From the NCBI GenBank assembly GCA_043826565.1, contig JBDRPX010000021.1, positions 18,022 to 82,021 on the forward strand: DNA of 64,000 nt. The letters run 5' to 3'. Both the position numbers and the translations under genes were made by a program. The notes below the pieces were generated by a model that saw nothing but the letters and a program-made list of their open reading frames with translations, made no database searches and was not told the origin of the DNA. The stretch comes from Candidatus Omnitrophota bacterium (GTDB lineage: Bacteria > Omnitrophota > Gorgyraeia > B26-G9). Positions 38,751 through 49,132 of this stretch are shown here, one piece after another. Position 1 is the first letter of the stretch. Every line of letters begins with the position of its first letter.

Positions 38751-39509
38751 TTGTTTGTGGGGAAAAGCAAAATTGCCATAGCTGCTGTATGTATTATTCT
38801 GGCGGCCTGGAGCGTACAGCTGATATTTGCCGAAGAAGAACAGTCAGGATTTGATCATTCGCTTTACGCGCAAACTTTGCGTATATCTGTTGTCGAGGGG
38901 CTGGTCAATTATACCGGATTGAAAATGAATTCGTTGAATCTTGACCGTTATTTAACGCTTGTCGGAGCAATGAATCCGCGGGCTCTGGATATTATGACGC
39001 GGAATGAAAAAACGGCATTTTATATAAATGTATATAATGCCCGCACTCTGCAGGTGATCCTTGAGCATTATCCGGTTTCTTCAATTAAAGAAATTCCCGG
39101 GGTATGGAATAAAATAAAGTTCAAAATTGCCGGAAAACAAATAACCCTTGATGAAATAGAACATGGTATTTTACGGGCTGAGTCTAAAGATCCGCGAATA
39201 CATTTTGCTTTAGTTTGCGCGGCCAAAGGATGCCCCGGCCTAAGAAATACTCCGTTTACCGAGAAAAATTTCCCGGCCCAGCTTAATGATGCCGGCCGTA
39301 AATTTCTTAATGATAAAACCAAAAACAGGCTGGATAAAGAAAACAATATTCTGTACCTTTCTTCGATATTCAAATGGTTTAAAGAAGATTTTGGGAATGT
39401 TAAAAATTTTATCGAAAAGTATATGTCTAAAAATGACATTGAATTTATTGAAAAGAACAGGCCGAAGATCCGGTATCAGTATGACTGGTCTTTAAACGAG
39501 TTGAAATGA
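38751..39509 (+). CDS. DUF547 domain protein
   Basis: AFYINVYNA, LDEIEHGILR, DPRIHFALVCAAKGCP, IFKWFKEDF and YDWSLN. Confidence 0.9.
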   Translation: MFVGKSKIAIAAVCIILAAWSVQLIFAEEEQSGFDHSLYAQTLRISVVEGLVNYTGLKMNSLNLDRYLTLVGAMNPRALDIMTRNEKTAFYINVYNARTLQVILEHYPVSSIKEIPGVWNKIKFKIAGKQITLDEIEHGILRAESKDPRIHFALVCAAKGCPGLRNTPFTEKNFPAQLNDAGRKFLNDKTKNRLDKENNILYLSSIFKWFKEDFGNVKNFIEKYMSKNDIEFIEKNRPKIRYQYDWSLNELK

Positions 39510-39553
39510 TATCGATAATTATTCCGACATATAATGAGGAGAAAAATAATTAG
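39506..39553 (+). pseudogene. 15-codon remnant of a GT2 glycosyltransferase N-terminus
   Basis: ATGA-coupled to the DUF547 stop. Translates MISIIIPTYNEEKNN*, the canonical GT2 start motif. Confidence 0.65.
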
Positions 39554-39556
39554 AAG

Positions 39557-40018
39557 ATGATTATGTTTAAAAAAGCTGGTTTATTTATGCTCCTATTGTT
39601 AGTGTGCATATTGTCTTCAGCTTGTTCTACTCCGGGAACGCTTAAATTGTATTGTCACAATAGGCCTTATTACTTACCGCGTACGACAAATAAGGGATTA
39701 ATGTTTATTTACCGGGAGCCGACTTCTCTGGCTAAGAATCGAGGTATATACATTAATGCCGGCAGTGCCCGGATCGGAGGCGTTAATAACGGTACTTATT
39801 TTGTTTATGAAGCCGACCCCGGGAGAGTAGAATTATCTGTTGAGAATAAATTTAAAAAGAGTCCGGCGTATGCGGTTAATATTGAATCAGGCAAGTACTA
39901 TTTTTTTAGAGTGGGATTCAGTGATGGATTATGGGATTATGAACCGTTTATAATGCGGGTACAGGATGCTGTGGGAAAGATCGTTATACCTAGTCTTATA
40001 TATGCTACGCTTGAATAG
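39557..40018 (+). CDS. DUF2846-like lipoprotein
   Basis: Lipobox SSAC; FIYRE, NGTYF.Y...PG and ESGKYYFFR. Confidence 0.7.
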   Translation: MIMFKKAGLFMLLLLVCILSSACSTPGTLKLYCHNRPYYLPRTTNKGLMFIYREPTSLAKNRGIYINAGSARIGGVNNGTYFVYEADPGRVELSVENKFKKSPAYAVNIESGKYYFFRVGFSDGLWDYEPFIMRVQDAVGKIVIPSLIYATLE

Positions 40019-40035
40019 TTATAGGAATTATAACA

Positions 40036-40494
40036 ATGAAAGTAATAAAAGGAGACCTTATAAAAAAAGCGCAAGCCGCTGAATTTGATGTGATCATTCA
40101 TGGATGTAATTGTTTCTGTGCCATGGGCGCCGGAATTGCCAAAAGCATAAAAACAGCTTTTCCCCAGGCGTACGAGGCGGATTTAAAAACCACAAAAGGG
40201 GATAAAGCAAAACTGGGAACCTGCAGTGTTGCCGCGGTGCAAACGGGAAAAGGTAAAGTTTACGTAGTTAATGCTTATACACAGTATAATTTTAGCGGCC
40301 GGGGTGTTTTAGTTGATTATGAGGCTATACGGTCGTGTATGAAGTGGGTAAAAAAGAATTTTAGTTCCCAAAGAATAGGAATTCCCAAGTTGGGCGCTGG
40401 ATTAGCCGGAGGTGATTGGCAGGTAATTTCAGCAATTATAAATGAGGAGCTTTCCGGAGAAGATGTGACTCTGGTCGAATATTTGCCAGGGTAA
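40036..40494 (+). CDS. Macro domain (ADP-ribose-binding) protein
   Basis: GDL, HGCNCFCAMGAGIA and PKLGAGLAGGDW. Confidence 0.9.
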   Translation: MKVIKGDLIKKAQAAEFDVIIHGCNCFCAMGAGIAKSIKTAFPQAYEADLKTTKGDKAKLGTCSVAAVQTGKGKVYVVNAYTQYNFSGRGVLVDYEAIRSCMKWVKKNFSSQRIGIPKLGAGLAGGDWQVISAIINEELSGEDVTLVEYLPG

Positions 40495-40664
40495 CGTCTT
40501 ATTAATAAAATAGTTAAGTAAATTATTAAAAAGACTATTGACAAATAATTTTTTTTCATTATAATTACTAGTAAAGAGATAGTAATACTAGTGATTAAAT
40601 AATCTTCTTCGGGAGTGAGTGTTATTAGGCTATATATACTAGTAAAGCAATGGAAAAGTAGGGT

Positions 40665-40892
40665 ATGAATATGGATCATCCAAAAAGATCGTTAATCAAA
40701 GCACTTTCATGGAGAACGTTTGGTTTTATTACTACAACTGTAATTGTTTATATTTATAGTGGTAACGTTGCGGAATCATTTGCTGTGGGTATAGGGGTGG
40801 AGAGTGTAAAGCTATTGTTGTATTACATGCATGAGAGAATTTGGAATAAGGTGGAGTATGGGAGAGTGAAAGAACCAGAGTATCAAATTTAG
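40665..40892 (+). CDS. DUF2061 membrane protein
   Basis: RSLIKALSWR and YYMHERIW. Confidence 0.88.
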   Translation: MNMDHPKRSLIKALSWRTFGFITTTVIVYIYSGNVAESFAVGIGVESVKLLLYYMHERIWNKVEYGRVKEPEYQI

Positions 40893-40920
40893 TTGATAAT
40901 TAAGAACGAGGAGGTTAAAT

Positions 40921-41637
40921 ATGGGATTACTGGAAGCTAAAGAAGATATTAGATCATTGGTGGAAAATTTGAATTTTAAGGAAAAAGTTGATCGGTCTTT
41001 GCGTTTGATTGGAGAAGTATATGAAAAATATGGAGACGGATTAGTTGTTGCTAATAGCTTAGGTAAGGATTCAGTGGTGGTGTGGGATTTGGCTAAAAGA
41101 GTAAGTGTTAATATTCAGGGTTTTATTGTAACGACCAGATTTAAGCCTGTAGAAACTGTGGCATTTATGAATGAGGAAGTAGCGCGTTATCCGGAATTGA
41201 AGGTCTATAAAAATGATGTTAGAATTCCGGAAAAATTGTATGAGACAAACCCTGACCAATGTTGTGATCTGTTAAAAGTAGATCCGGTAAAAAGAGCGGT
41301 TGAAGAAATGAAAGTGAGTTGCTGGGTCACTGGTCTGCGTTGTACAGAGGGGCGAACACGTACAGATTACAAGGAAGTTGAGGAAAGAGATAAAGACTTA
41401 TTAAAACTTAATCCTATTCTTATTTGGAAAGAACGCGAAGTTTGGCAGTATTTAGCTGTATATGGTGTAAAGGTGAATTCATTGTATGCGCAAGGGTATC
41501 GTTCTTTAGGATGCTTGCCATGTACAAAGATAACAAGTGATGATAATGAACGTGCCGGCCGCTGGATCGGGACAAGTAAGTGCGGCGGAGAGTGTGGCAT
41601 TCATACCAGACCGCTAAAAACAGTGCAAGGGAGCTAA
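40921..41637 (+). CDS. cysH: APS/PAPS reductase (4Fe-4S type)
   Basis: SLGKDS, CCDLLKV, WVTGLR, SLGCLPCT, RAGRW and ECGIH. Confidence 0.9.
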   Translation: MGLLEAKEDIRSLVENLNFKEKVDRSLRLIGEVYEKYGDGLVVANSLGKDSVVVWDLAKRVSVNIQGFIVTTRFKPVETVAFMNEEVARYPELKVYKNDVRIPEKLYETNPDQCCDLLKVDPVKRAVEEMKVSCWVTGLRCTEGRTRTDYKEVEERDKDLLKLNPILIWKEREVWQYLAVYGVKVNSLYAQGYRSLGCLPCTKITSDDNERAGRWIGTSKCGGECGIHTRPLKTVQGS

Positions 41638-41638
41638 A

Positions 41639-42358
41639 ATGGAAATTAATAATGCAAAACTTGATCTACTGAAAAAAGTAGGATTTTTAAAAGCAAAGCA
41701 AGAAGATTTTTTTACGTTAAGGACCAGAATGCCTGCGGGCAATTATACGGCAGAACAGCTTATTAAGCTGGGAGAGCTTGCTCGTAAGTATGGAAAGGGA
41801 TTTGTTCATCTTACGGTGCGGCAGGGCATTGAAATACCGTTTATAAATGCTCTTGATATTGATGCTGTCGGAAAAGAGCTAGATGATAGCGGTGTTCAGC
41901 GAGGTACCTCCGGGCCGCGTTTGCGTGCTACCACTTGTTGTCCGGGTAATAGCTGGTGTAAAAGGGGCATGATCGACACGTTTTCTTTCTTTGATGCTGT
42001 TGAAAAGTTTGGGATACGCTGTGCTATGGATTTGCCGCACAAATTTAAGATTGCTATTGCGGGATGTTCAAATATGTGTACTCGAGGGCAGAGTTCTGAG
42101 GTAGGAATATTCGGTGCCGCGGATATACAAAGAAATCAGATTGGATATGGAGTGTATGTTGGCGGCTGCGGGGGACGGAATCCCCGGTTAGGTATTAGGT
42201 TAAAAAGGATTTTTAATGAAGAGGAAGTGTTGTCTTTAATTGAGAAAATAGTTGCTTATTATAAGTATAATGCCCGGGCCAAGCAAAGGTTGGGAGCTTT
42301 GATAGAAGAAGCCGGAGAAGAAAAGCTTCTAGAGTCAATTGGAGAAGAAAAAGCTTAA
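41639..42358 (+). CDS. Short siroheme nitrite/sulfite reductase family protein
   Basis: HLTVRQ, CPGNSWC and LPHKFKIAIAGCSNMC (four Fe-S/siroheme Cys). Confidence 0.82.
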   Translation: MEINNAKLDLLKKVGFLKAKQEDFFTLRTRMPAGNYTAEQLIKLGELARKYGKGFVHLTVRQGIEIPFINALDIDAVGKELDDSGVQRGTSGPRLRATTCCPGNSWCKRGMIDTFSFFDAVEKFGIRCAMDLPHKFKIAIAGCSNMCTRGQSSEVGIFGAADIQRNQIGYGVYVGGCGGRNPRLGIRLKRIFNEEEVLSLIEKIVAYYKYNARAKQRLGALIEEAGEEKLLESIGEEKA

Positions 42359-42414
42359 TAAAAGACAATCTTCTTGACATTAAATGGGAAAAAGGAGTAC
42401 ATTGCTACTAAAAC

Positions 42415-42455
42415 TAGTAAATTAGTAGTAAATTAGTAGTAAATTAGTAGTAAAT
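42415..42455 (+). repeat. 11-bp tandem repeat (TAGTAAATTAG x3.7) in the Rrf2 leader
   Basis: Exact copies at 42415, 42426 and 42437, partial copy at 42448. Confidence 0.9.
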
Positions 42456-42465
42456 GGAGGTATTG

Positions 42466-42906
42466 ATGAAAATTTCAACACGAGCACGATACGGAACACG
42501 TTTAATGCTGGAGCTGGGGCTGCATTATGGAGAAGGCCCGGTGTTCTTAAGAGAGATTGCTAAGGCCGAAGATATATCGGAGAAATATTTAAGCCAGATA
42601 ATTATTCCTTTAAAAGCAGTCGGCCTGGTAAACTCATTCCGCGGAGCGCGCGGCGGTTATATTTTAGCCAGAGATCCTGAAGAAATTACAGTTAAAGAGA
42701 TCGTGGAAGTATTAGAAGGCGGCTTTACTCTTGTTGAATGTATAAATAATTCGGAGTTATGTAATCGTACTTCAAGATGCGTGACCAGAAAACTGTGGCG
42801 TGATTTGGGAAATCAGATTGCGATCATGCTGGGCTCGGTTACGCTCAAAGAATTAGTAATTCAATGTAAAAGTAAAAATCAGGACGCGATGATGTATAAT
42901 ATATGA
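42466..42906 (+). CDS. Rrf2-family regulator (IscR/CymR-like, three Cys)
   Basis: MKISTRARYG, ISEKYLSQI, SFRGARGGY and C-x6-C-x5-C. SD GGAGG before ATG 42466. Confidence 0.92.
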   Translation: MKISTRARYGTRLMLELGLHYGEGPVFLREIAKAEDISEKYLSQIIIPLKAVGLVNSFRGARGGYILARDPEEITVKEIVEVLEGGFTLVECINNSELCNRTSRCVTRKLWRDLGNQIAIMLGSVTLKELVIQCKSKNQDAMMYNI

Positions 42907-43037
42907 AATAGGTGGTAGGTGGTAAGTGTTAAGTAAAAACAAAAAGCTCAATTTTAAAAGATGAAAAAGAAGAACTAAAAGATTTAGAGTAGAGATGATC
43001 CAAAACTAAACGCTAGACGCTCTACGCTAAACGCTAA

Positions 43038-44351
<1,314 letters not shown>

Positions 44352-44368
44352 AAAAAAGGGAGATAATT

Positions 44369-45295
44369 ATGTCACGTATATATAATGATATTACACAGAC
44401 GATCGGAAATACACCGTTAGTTAAGTTAAATAAATTAGCCGAAGGTTTATCCGCGACTATCCTGATGAAGGTGGAGTCATTTAATCCGCTTTCCAGTGTG
44501 AAAGATAGAATTGGATTGGCTATGATCGAAGCCGCGGAAAAAGAAGGAAAAATAAATAAGGACTCAGTGATCATTGAGCCGACCAGCGGAAATACCGGAA
44601 TTGCCTTAGCTTTTGTGAGCGCGGCAAAAGGATATAAATTGATTCTGACGATGCCGGACACAATGAGCCTCGAGCGCAGAAAACTATTAAAGATATTAGG
44701 CGCGGAATTAGTCTTGACCGACGGAACTAAAGGGATGAAAGGTGCGGTAGAAAAAGCCGAAGAACTTGTAAAAAATACACCAAATGGTTTTATGCCTCAG
44801 CAGTTTAATAATCCCATAAATCCCCAAATACATCGCCGGACAACCGCAAAAGAAATATGGGATGATACTGACGGAGGTGTGGATGTTTTTATTGCCGGAG
44901 TCGGTACCGGAGGTACGATCACCGGAGTAGGTGAAATCTTAAAGGCGAAAAAACCTTCGGTAAAGGTTATTGCTCTTGAGCCGACAGGTTCTCCGGTATT
45001 ATCCGGAGGTGACCCCGGGCCGCACAAGATCCAGGGTATTGGCGCGGGATTTATCCCGGGAGTATTGGACCGGAAAGTTGTCGATGAAATTTTGAAGGTT
45101 GACGAAGCTGATGCCGGAGTTACAGCTCGCCGTTTGGCTAAAGAAGAAGGAATATTTGTCGGAATATCCAGCGGAGCCGCGGTTTGGGCAGCCATAGAAG
45201 TGGCCAAGCGTCCGGAATCTAAGGGGAAAACCATTGTGGTTATTTTGCCGGATTCCGGGGAAAGATATTTATCAACGTGGCTGTTTGAAGACTAG
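44369..45295 (+). CDS. cysK: Cysteine synthase A
   Basis: [31 protein letters not shown] and [10 protein letters not shown]. Confidence 0.96.
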   Translation: MSRIYNDITQTIGNTPLVKLNKLAEGLSATILMKVESFNPLSSVKDRIGLAMIEAAEKEGKINKDSVIIEPTSGNTGIALAFVSAAKGYKLILTMPDTMSLERRKLLKILGAELVLTDGTKGMKGAVEKAEELVKNTPNGFMPQQFNNPINPQIHRRTTAKEIWDDTDGGVDVFIAGVGTGGTITGVGEILKAKKPSVKVIALEPTGSPVLSGGDPGPHKIQGIGAGFIPGVLDRKVVDEILKVDEADAGVTARRLAKEEGIFVGISSGAAVWAAIEVAKRPESKGKTIVVILPDSGERYLSTWLFED

Positions 45296-45435
45296 AAGAC
45301 AGAAAACAGAGGTCAGAAGTCAGAAAAAAGCATTCTGATAACCGACAAAGAGTTCAATTTTAAAGGGAATAAAATAATGTTTGTAATTTGGATTTTGTTT
45401 ATTGTAATTTATTAAAAAGAGGTCAAGACATTAAG

Positions 45436-46572
45436 ATGGATAAAAGTATAGGTATCGTTAAGCCAGAATATTTTACATTTGCCCAGCCGCCGGAGGAATT
45501 GGTTCTTGACTCCGGGCAAAAACTGGGGCCGATAACAATTGCTTATGAGACTTACGGAGACCTGAATAAGGACAAGAGTAATGCGATCCTTATTTTACAT
45601 GCGTTTTCCGGGGATGCTCATGCCGCGGGTTTTCACCAGGGGGAGGATAAACCGGGCTGGTGGGATAACTTGATCGGCCCGAGTAAAGCATTTGATACAG
45701 ATAAATACTTTGTTATTTGTTCTAATGTTATTGGCGGTTGTCAGGGAAGCACCGGGCCTTCCTTAACTGATCCTCTAACAGGAAAGCCCTATGCGCTGGA
45801 TTTCCCTTTGATCACGATCGCGGATATGGTTAATGCTCAGAAAAAACTCATTGATTATTTGGGGATAGGAAAACTTTTATGTGTTAGCGGAGGGTCCATG
45901 GGCGGGATGCAGGTTTTGCAATGGGTAGCATCGTATCCGGATATGGTTCGCTGTGCGATCCCGATTGCTACGGCTTTAAAACATTCATCCCAGCAGATCG
46001 CTTTTGATGAAGTCGGCCGGCAGGCAATAATGGCGGATCCGGAATGGCGGGAGGGAAATTATTACGGCCTGGGACAGCCGGAACGCGGCTTGTCTGTAGC
46101 GCGCATGGTCGGACATATTACCTATATGAGTGAAAAATCCATGGAGGATAAATTTTCCCGGAAACTTAAAGATGATAAATACAGTTTTACTTTTAAGACT
46201 GATTTTGAAGTAGAAGGATATTTGCGTCATCAGGGAGATAATTTTGTAAAGCGCTTTGACGCGAATTCTTATTTATATATTACTAAGGCAATGGATTATT
46301 TTGACCTTTCTCAAGGGAAGCTTTTTCCTACCGGCAAAACTGTGGATACGCGGTTTTTGGTAATCGCGTTTCGTTCGGATTGGTTATATCCTTCGGCGCA
46401 GTCAAAAGAATTGGTACGGGAGTTAAAGATGAGGCATGTGGATACAACATATTGCGAGATTGCGTCTACTTATGGGCATGACGCGTTTTTACTTGAAGTT
46501 GAAGAAGAAACTCATTTGATAAAGCATTTTCTAAAAGAAGAAGTCAGACGGCAGAGGTCAGATGTCAGATAA
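45436..46572 (+). CDS. metX: Homoserine O-acetyltransferase
   Basis: [22 protein letters not shown] and [11 protein letters not shown] 45436 is the likely start. Confidence 0.93.
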   Translation: MDKSIGIVKPEYFTFAQPPEELVLDSGQKLGPITIAYETYGDLNKDKSNAILILHAFSGDAHAAGFHQGEDKPGWWDNLIGPSKAFDTDKYFVICSNVIGGCQGSTGPSLTDPLTGKPYALDFPLITIADMVNAQKKLIDYLGIGKLLCVSGGSMGGMQVLQWVASYPDMVRCAIPIATALKHSSQQIAFDEVGRQAIMADPEWREGNYYGLGQPERGLSVARMVGHITYMSEKSMEDKFSRKLKDDKYSFTFKTDFEVEGYLRHQGDNFVKRFDANSYLYITKAMDYFDLSQGKLFPTGKTVDTRFLVIAFRSDWLYPSAQSKELVRELKMRHVDTTYCEIASTYGHDAFLLEVEEETHLIKHFLKEEVRRQRSDVR

Positions 46573-47179
46573 AAAAACAGAAAAAAATATAAATTATAAA
46601 ATCAAATTAGATATTAAAGTAATCTTTGATACCATTGAGCCGGAATCCCGAGTGCTTGATTTAGGCTGCGGGGACGGGACTCTTTTACATTTGCTGGCGG
46701 ATAAAAAGCAAGCAAAAGTACAAGGTATCGAACTTGATGAACAGCAAATCTACAAATGCGTGGAAAAGGGTGTAAGCGTGTTCCACGGAAATATTGAAAC
46801 CGGATTACGTGATTATCCGGATAAATCATTTGATTATGTTATTCTTAATCAAAGTATGCAGGAAACAAAAAAAGTTACTTTTGTTATTGAAGAAGCTTTG
46901 CGGGTAGGGAAAAAGGTTATTATCGGGTTTCCCAACTTTGCTTTTTATAATGCCCGGATCAGGTTATTCTTTCAGGGCAAAACTCCGATCACGGCTTCCT
47001 TGCCGTATCATTGGCATGATACTCCTAATCTGCATTTTTTGAGCATTACGGATTTTTTTGATTTTTGCAAAGAAAAGAAAATTACTGTGCTTAAAAAATG
47101 CTATCTGGGGAAAACTAAAGCAGTTCCCTTTTTTCCTAATCTCTTCGCGATTAACGCGGTTTTTGTAATTACGAGATAA
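46562..47179 (+). CDS. metW: Methionine biosynthesis protein MetW
   Basis: [13 protein letters not shown] and [12 protein letters not shown]. Follows metX. Confidence 0.92.
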   Translation: MSDKKTEKNINYKIKLDIKVIFDTIEPESRVLDLGCGDGTLLHLLADKKQAKVQGIELDEQQIYKCVEKGVSVFHGNIETGLRDYPDKSFDYVILNQSMQETKKVTFVIEEALRVGKKVIIGFPNFAFYNARIRLFFQGKTPITASLPYHWHDTPNLHFLSITDFFDFCKEKKITVLKKCYLGKTKAVPFFPNLFAINAVFVITR

Positions 47180-47189
47180 CTCCCATGGT

Positions 47190-48179
47190 TTAGCGGGGAT
47201 TTTTTTTGCGGATAAAAAAGCCGGATAAAAGTCCAAAGATAAAAAGCAGAAAAGTAGAAGGTTCCGGGACAAGGTGGAAAAATACCCCTTCAGTAATTCC
47301 CCAATCCCAATATCCTCCGTCGTAGCTGTATCCGTTAGTTGCGGAAACATCCAAAAACGGCCACCATTCCACACCGTTTTCATCAATCATCGACTGGATT
47401 GTTTCCTCATCCCATCCCAGCCAGCTGCTTTGTGATGAGGAAATATCCCAAGTATCCCAAATCGCGAATCCGCCGACTGTAATATTTTTCCATTCACCGT
47501 CATATATTTTAATATTAAACAGGTTTTCTTTATATCCGTAGCCGACGACAGAATGTCCGTACCAGCCTTCGTCGCCATGATATTCCACCATGTTTAATAT
47601 AGTAGGATTGCCTTGATCAATTTCCGATTTAAAAGTGTTCCAGTTAAAAGATCCAGCATACCGCTGAACAGGATTTTGCCAACTTTCCGCTTCGTATGAT
47701 TCATTAGTAAGAGTATCGGGATTATCCCACTTGGCGAATTCTTTAAGTCCGTAAGGGATATATTGCCCTAAGGTGCCGCCGTCGTTTAATCCTCCGGCGG
47801 AGCGGGAAGTATGCATAAAATCAGCAATACAGTTATTATCATGCCCCTCCGGATTCGGATCAGGGGTTCCCCAATAATCACGGATATGCTCGGGGCTGGC
47901 AACCATGTTTCTAGCGGTATAATTCCATGTTGAGACATCTCCTTCGACCAGATTAGACCAGTTCCCGCTCGGGTGGCTGTCCCAGTATCCCAGGAGCATG
48001 CCGCCGGCAGTGGGAGAACATCCATACCACCAGTTGTATTGAGGAATGTTTTCAATCGGGTTGCTTCCTAAGGGGATATCTCTGTCGAAAAGCTGTGAAA
48101 TTATGGGAGCGGCCTGGCTATAAGGGCTTAAGGCCGTAAGAATAAGCAGTAATACTATAAAAGGTATGTACTTTTTCAC
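47190..48179 (-). CDS. PEP-CTERM-sorted protein with a cysteine-peptidase-like (C39/C10-type) domain
   Basis: Signal peptide, YGCSPTAGGM and GHSVVGYGY. C-terminal VPEPSTFLLF-TM-RKK. Confidence 0.82.
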   Translation of the reverse strand: MKKYIPFIVLLLILTALSPYSQAAPIISQLFDRDIPLGSNPIENIPQYNWWYGCSPTAGGMLLGYWDSHPSGNWSNLVEGDVSTWNYTARNMVASPEHIRDYWGTPDPNPEGHDNNCIADFMHTSRSAGGLNDGGTLGQYIPYGLKEFAKWDNPDTLTNESYEAESWQNPVQRYAGSFNWNTFKSEIDQGNPTILNMVEYHGDEGWYGHSVVGYGYKENLFNIKIYDGEWKNITVGGFAIWDTWDISSSQSSWLGWDEETIQSMIDENGVEWWPFLDVSATNGYSYDGGYWDWGITEGVFFHLVPEPSTFLLFIFGLLSGFFIRKKNPR

Positions 48180-48284
48180 AGGTTTATTGAAATTTGATAA
48201 AACTTAAATAAAGAATAGAAACTTATAAGAAAGTATAGCATGTCTTTTGGTTTCTGTCAAAATCCATAAATTTTGGCAATTGTA

Positions 48285-48313
48285 TTGACAACTGAGTGTA
48301 AATATGGTACCTT
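48285..48313 (+). promoter_or_regulatory. Sigma70 promoter of the sigma-factor gene
   Basis: TTGACA (48285), 17-nt spacer, TACCTT with an extended -10 TG. Confidence 0.65.
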
Positions 48314-48320
48314 TATAACA

Positions 48321-48438
48321 GACATTGAAGTTGTCTAAAGCGATGACGCTTGGAAGATGAATTCCAAGCGTTTTTTTATTGAGGCACTGATGCCCCTGAA
48401 ATTAAGCAGTGAGAGCTGTTTTTTCAGGGGCTTTTTTT
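48321..48438 (+). promoter_or_regulatory. Leader with three hexaloop hairpins and two tandem intrinsic terminators (ANTAR-type attenuator)
   Basis: Hairpins GAC-ATTGAA-GTT, AAGC-GATGAC-GCTT and GGC-ACTGAT-GCC. Terminators ACGCTTGGAA/TTCCAAGCGT and GCCCCTGAAA/TTTCAGGGGC, each followed by a T-run. Confidence 0.75.
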
Positions 48439-48499
48439 ATAATCCAAAGGATTATAAACCCGCCAAGTTTTGTGGCGGGTCAATGTGTAGGAGCAGAAA

Positions 48500-49027
48500 G
48501 TGGAATTTAAAAAAATAGTTAAAAAATTAGATCCCAGGCTAAAAGCAATTGTTCGCAGGCTTGACGGCAAATATACAGCTTTTAATGATGATGATCTATA
48601 TCAGGAAGCGATGTTATATTTATGGGAAAAACATAAGGCCAGAGAGCTTGAGGATAAAACAGATAGTTTTATCCTGCAGGGATGTTTTTTTAATATGAAA
48701 AACTATATTCGTACGGTGAATAAGACTATAGATAAAAACTCGATGAGTTTAAATATCCCGTTAAATGAAGGGGGAGATACTTTGGAAAGTCTGCTTACGG
48801 ATAGTGAGGCAGTCAACACCTTTGACGCGGTAGAGGGAAAAATTCTTTCGGAAAAGATTAAGGGGATGCTTGATGTGCGGGAGATGAAAGTGTTTTCCAT
48901 GAATTGTGCCGGGTTGACAACGCGTGAAATCGGAAAAAGAATCGGTATTTCTCATGTTATGGTGGGGAAAATAAATAAAAAGATCCGCTATAAATGTAAA
49001 GAATTAAAGAAAGAAAATATTTTTTAG
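48500..49027 (+). CDS. Small sigma-70-family alternative sigma factor (regions 2 and 4 only)
   Basis: DDLYQEAMLYLW (region 2) and LTTREIGKRIGISHVMVGKI (region 4 HTH). GTG start with SD AGGAG. Confidence 0.85.
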   Translation: MEFKKIVKKLDPRLKAIVRRLDGKYTAFNDDDLYQEAMLYLWEKHKARELEDKTDSFILQGCFFNMKNYIRTVNKTIDKNSMSLNIPLNEGGDTLESLLTDSEAVNTFDAVEGKILSEKIKGMLDVREMKVFSMNCAGLTTREIGKRIGISHVMVGKINKKIRYKCKELKKENIF

Positions 49028-49132
49028 GGTGCCGGGCAGTTTTATTTTTGACACCTTTAGCCTTCCAGAGTATAATACTATTAAACTATCCCCTAATTCT
49101 CCGGTAAATTCAATTAGAAAGGGCTGTAAACG

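Noticed and set aside
42415-42455. Possible CRISPR array
   Set aside because: The 11-bp units are contiguous with no spacers, and no cas genes are present.
48274-48288. Sigma54 -24/-12 promoter (TGGCAATTGTATTGA)
   Set aside because: The -12 GC is replaced by GA, and the site overlaps a perfect TTGACA with a correctly spaced -10 box.
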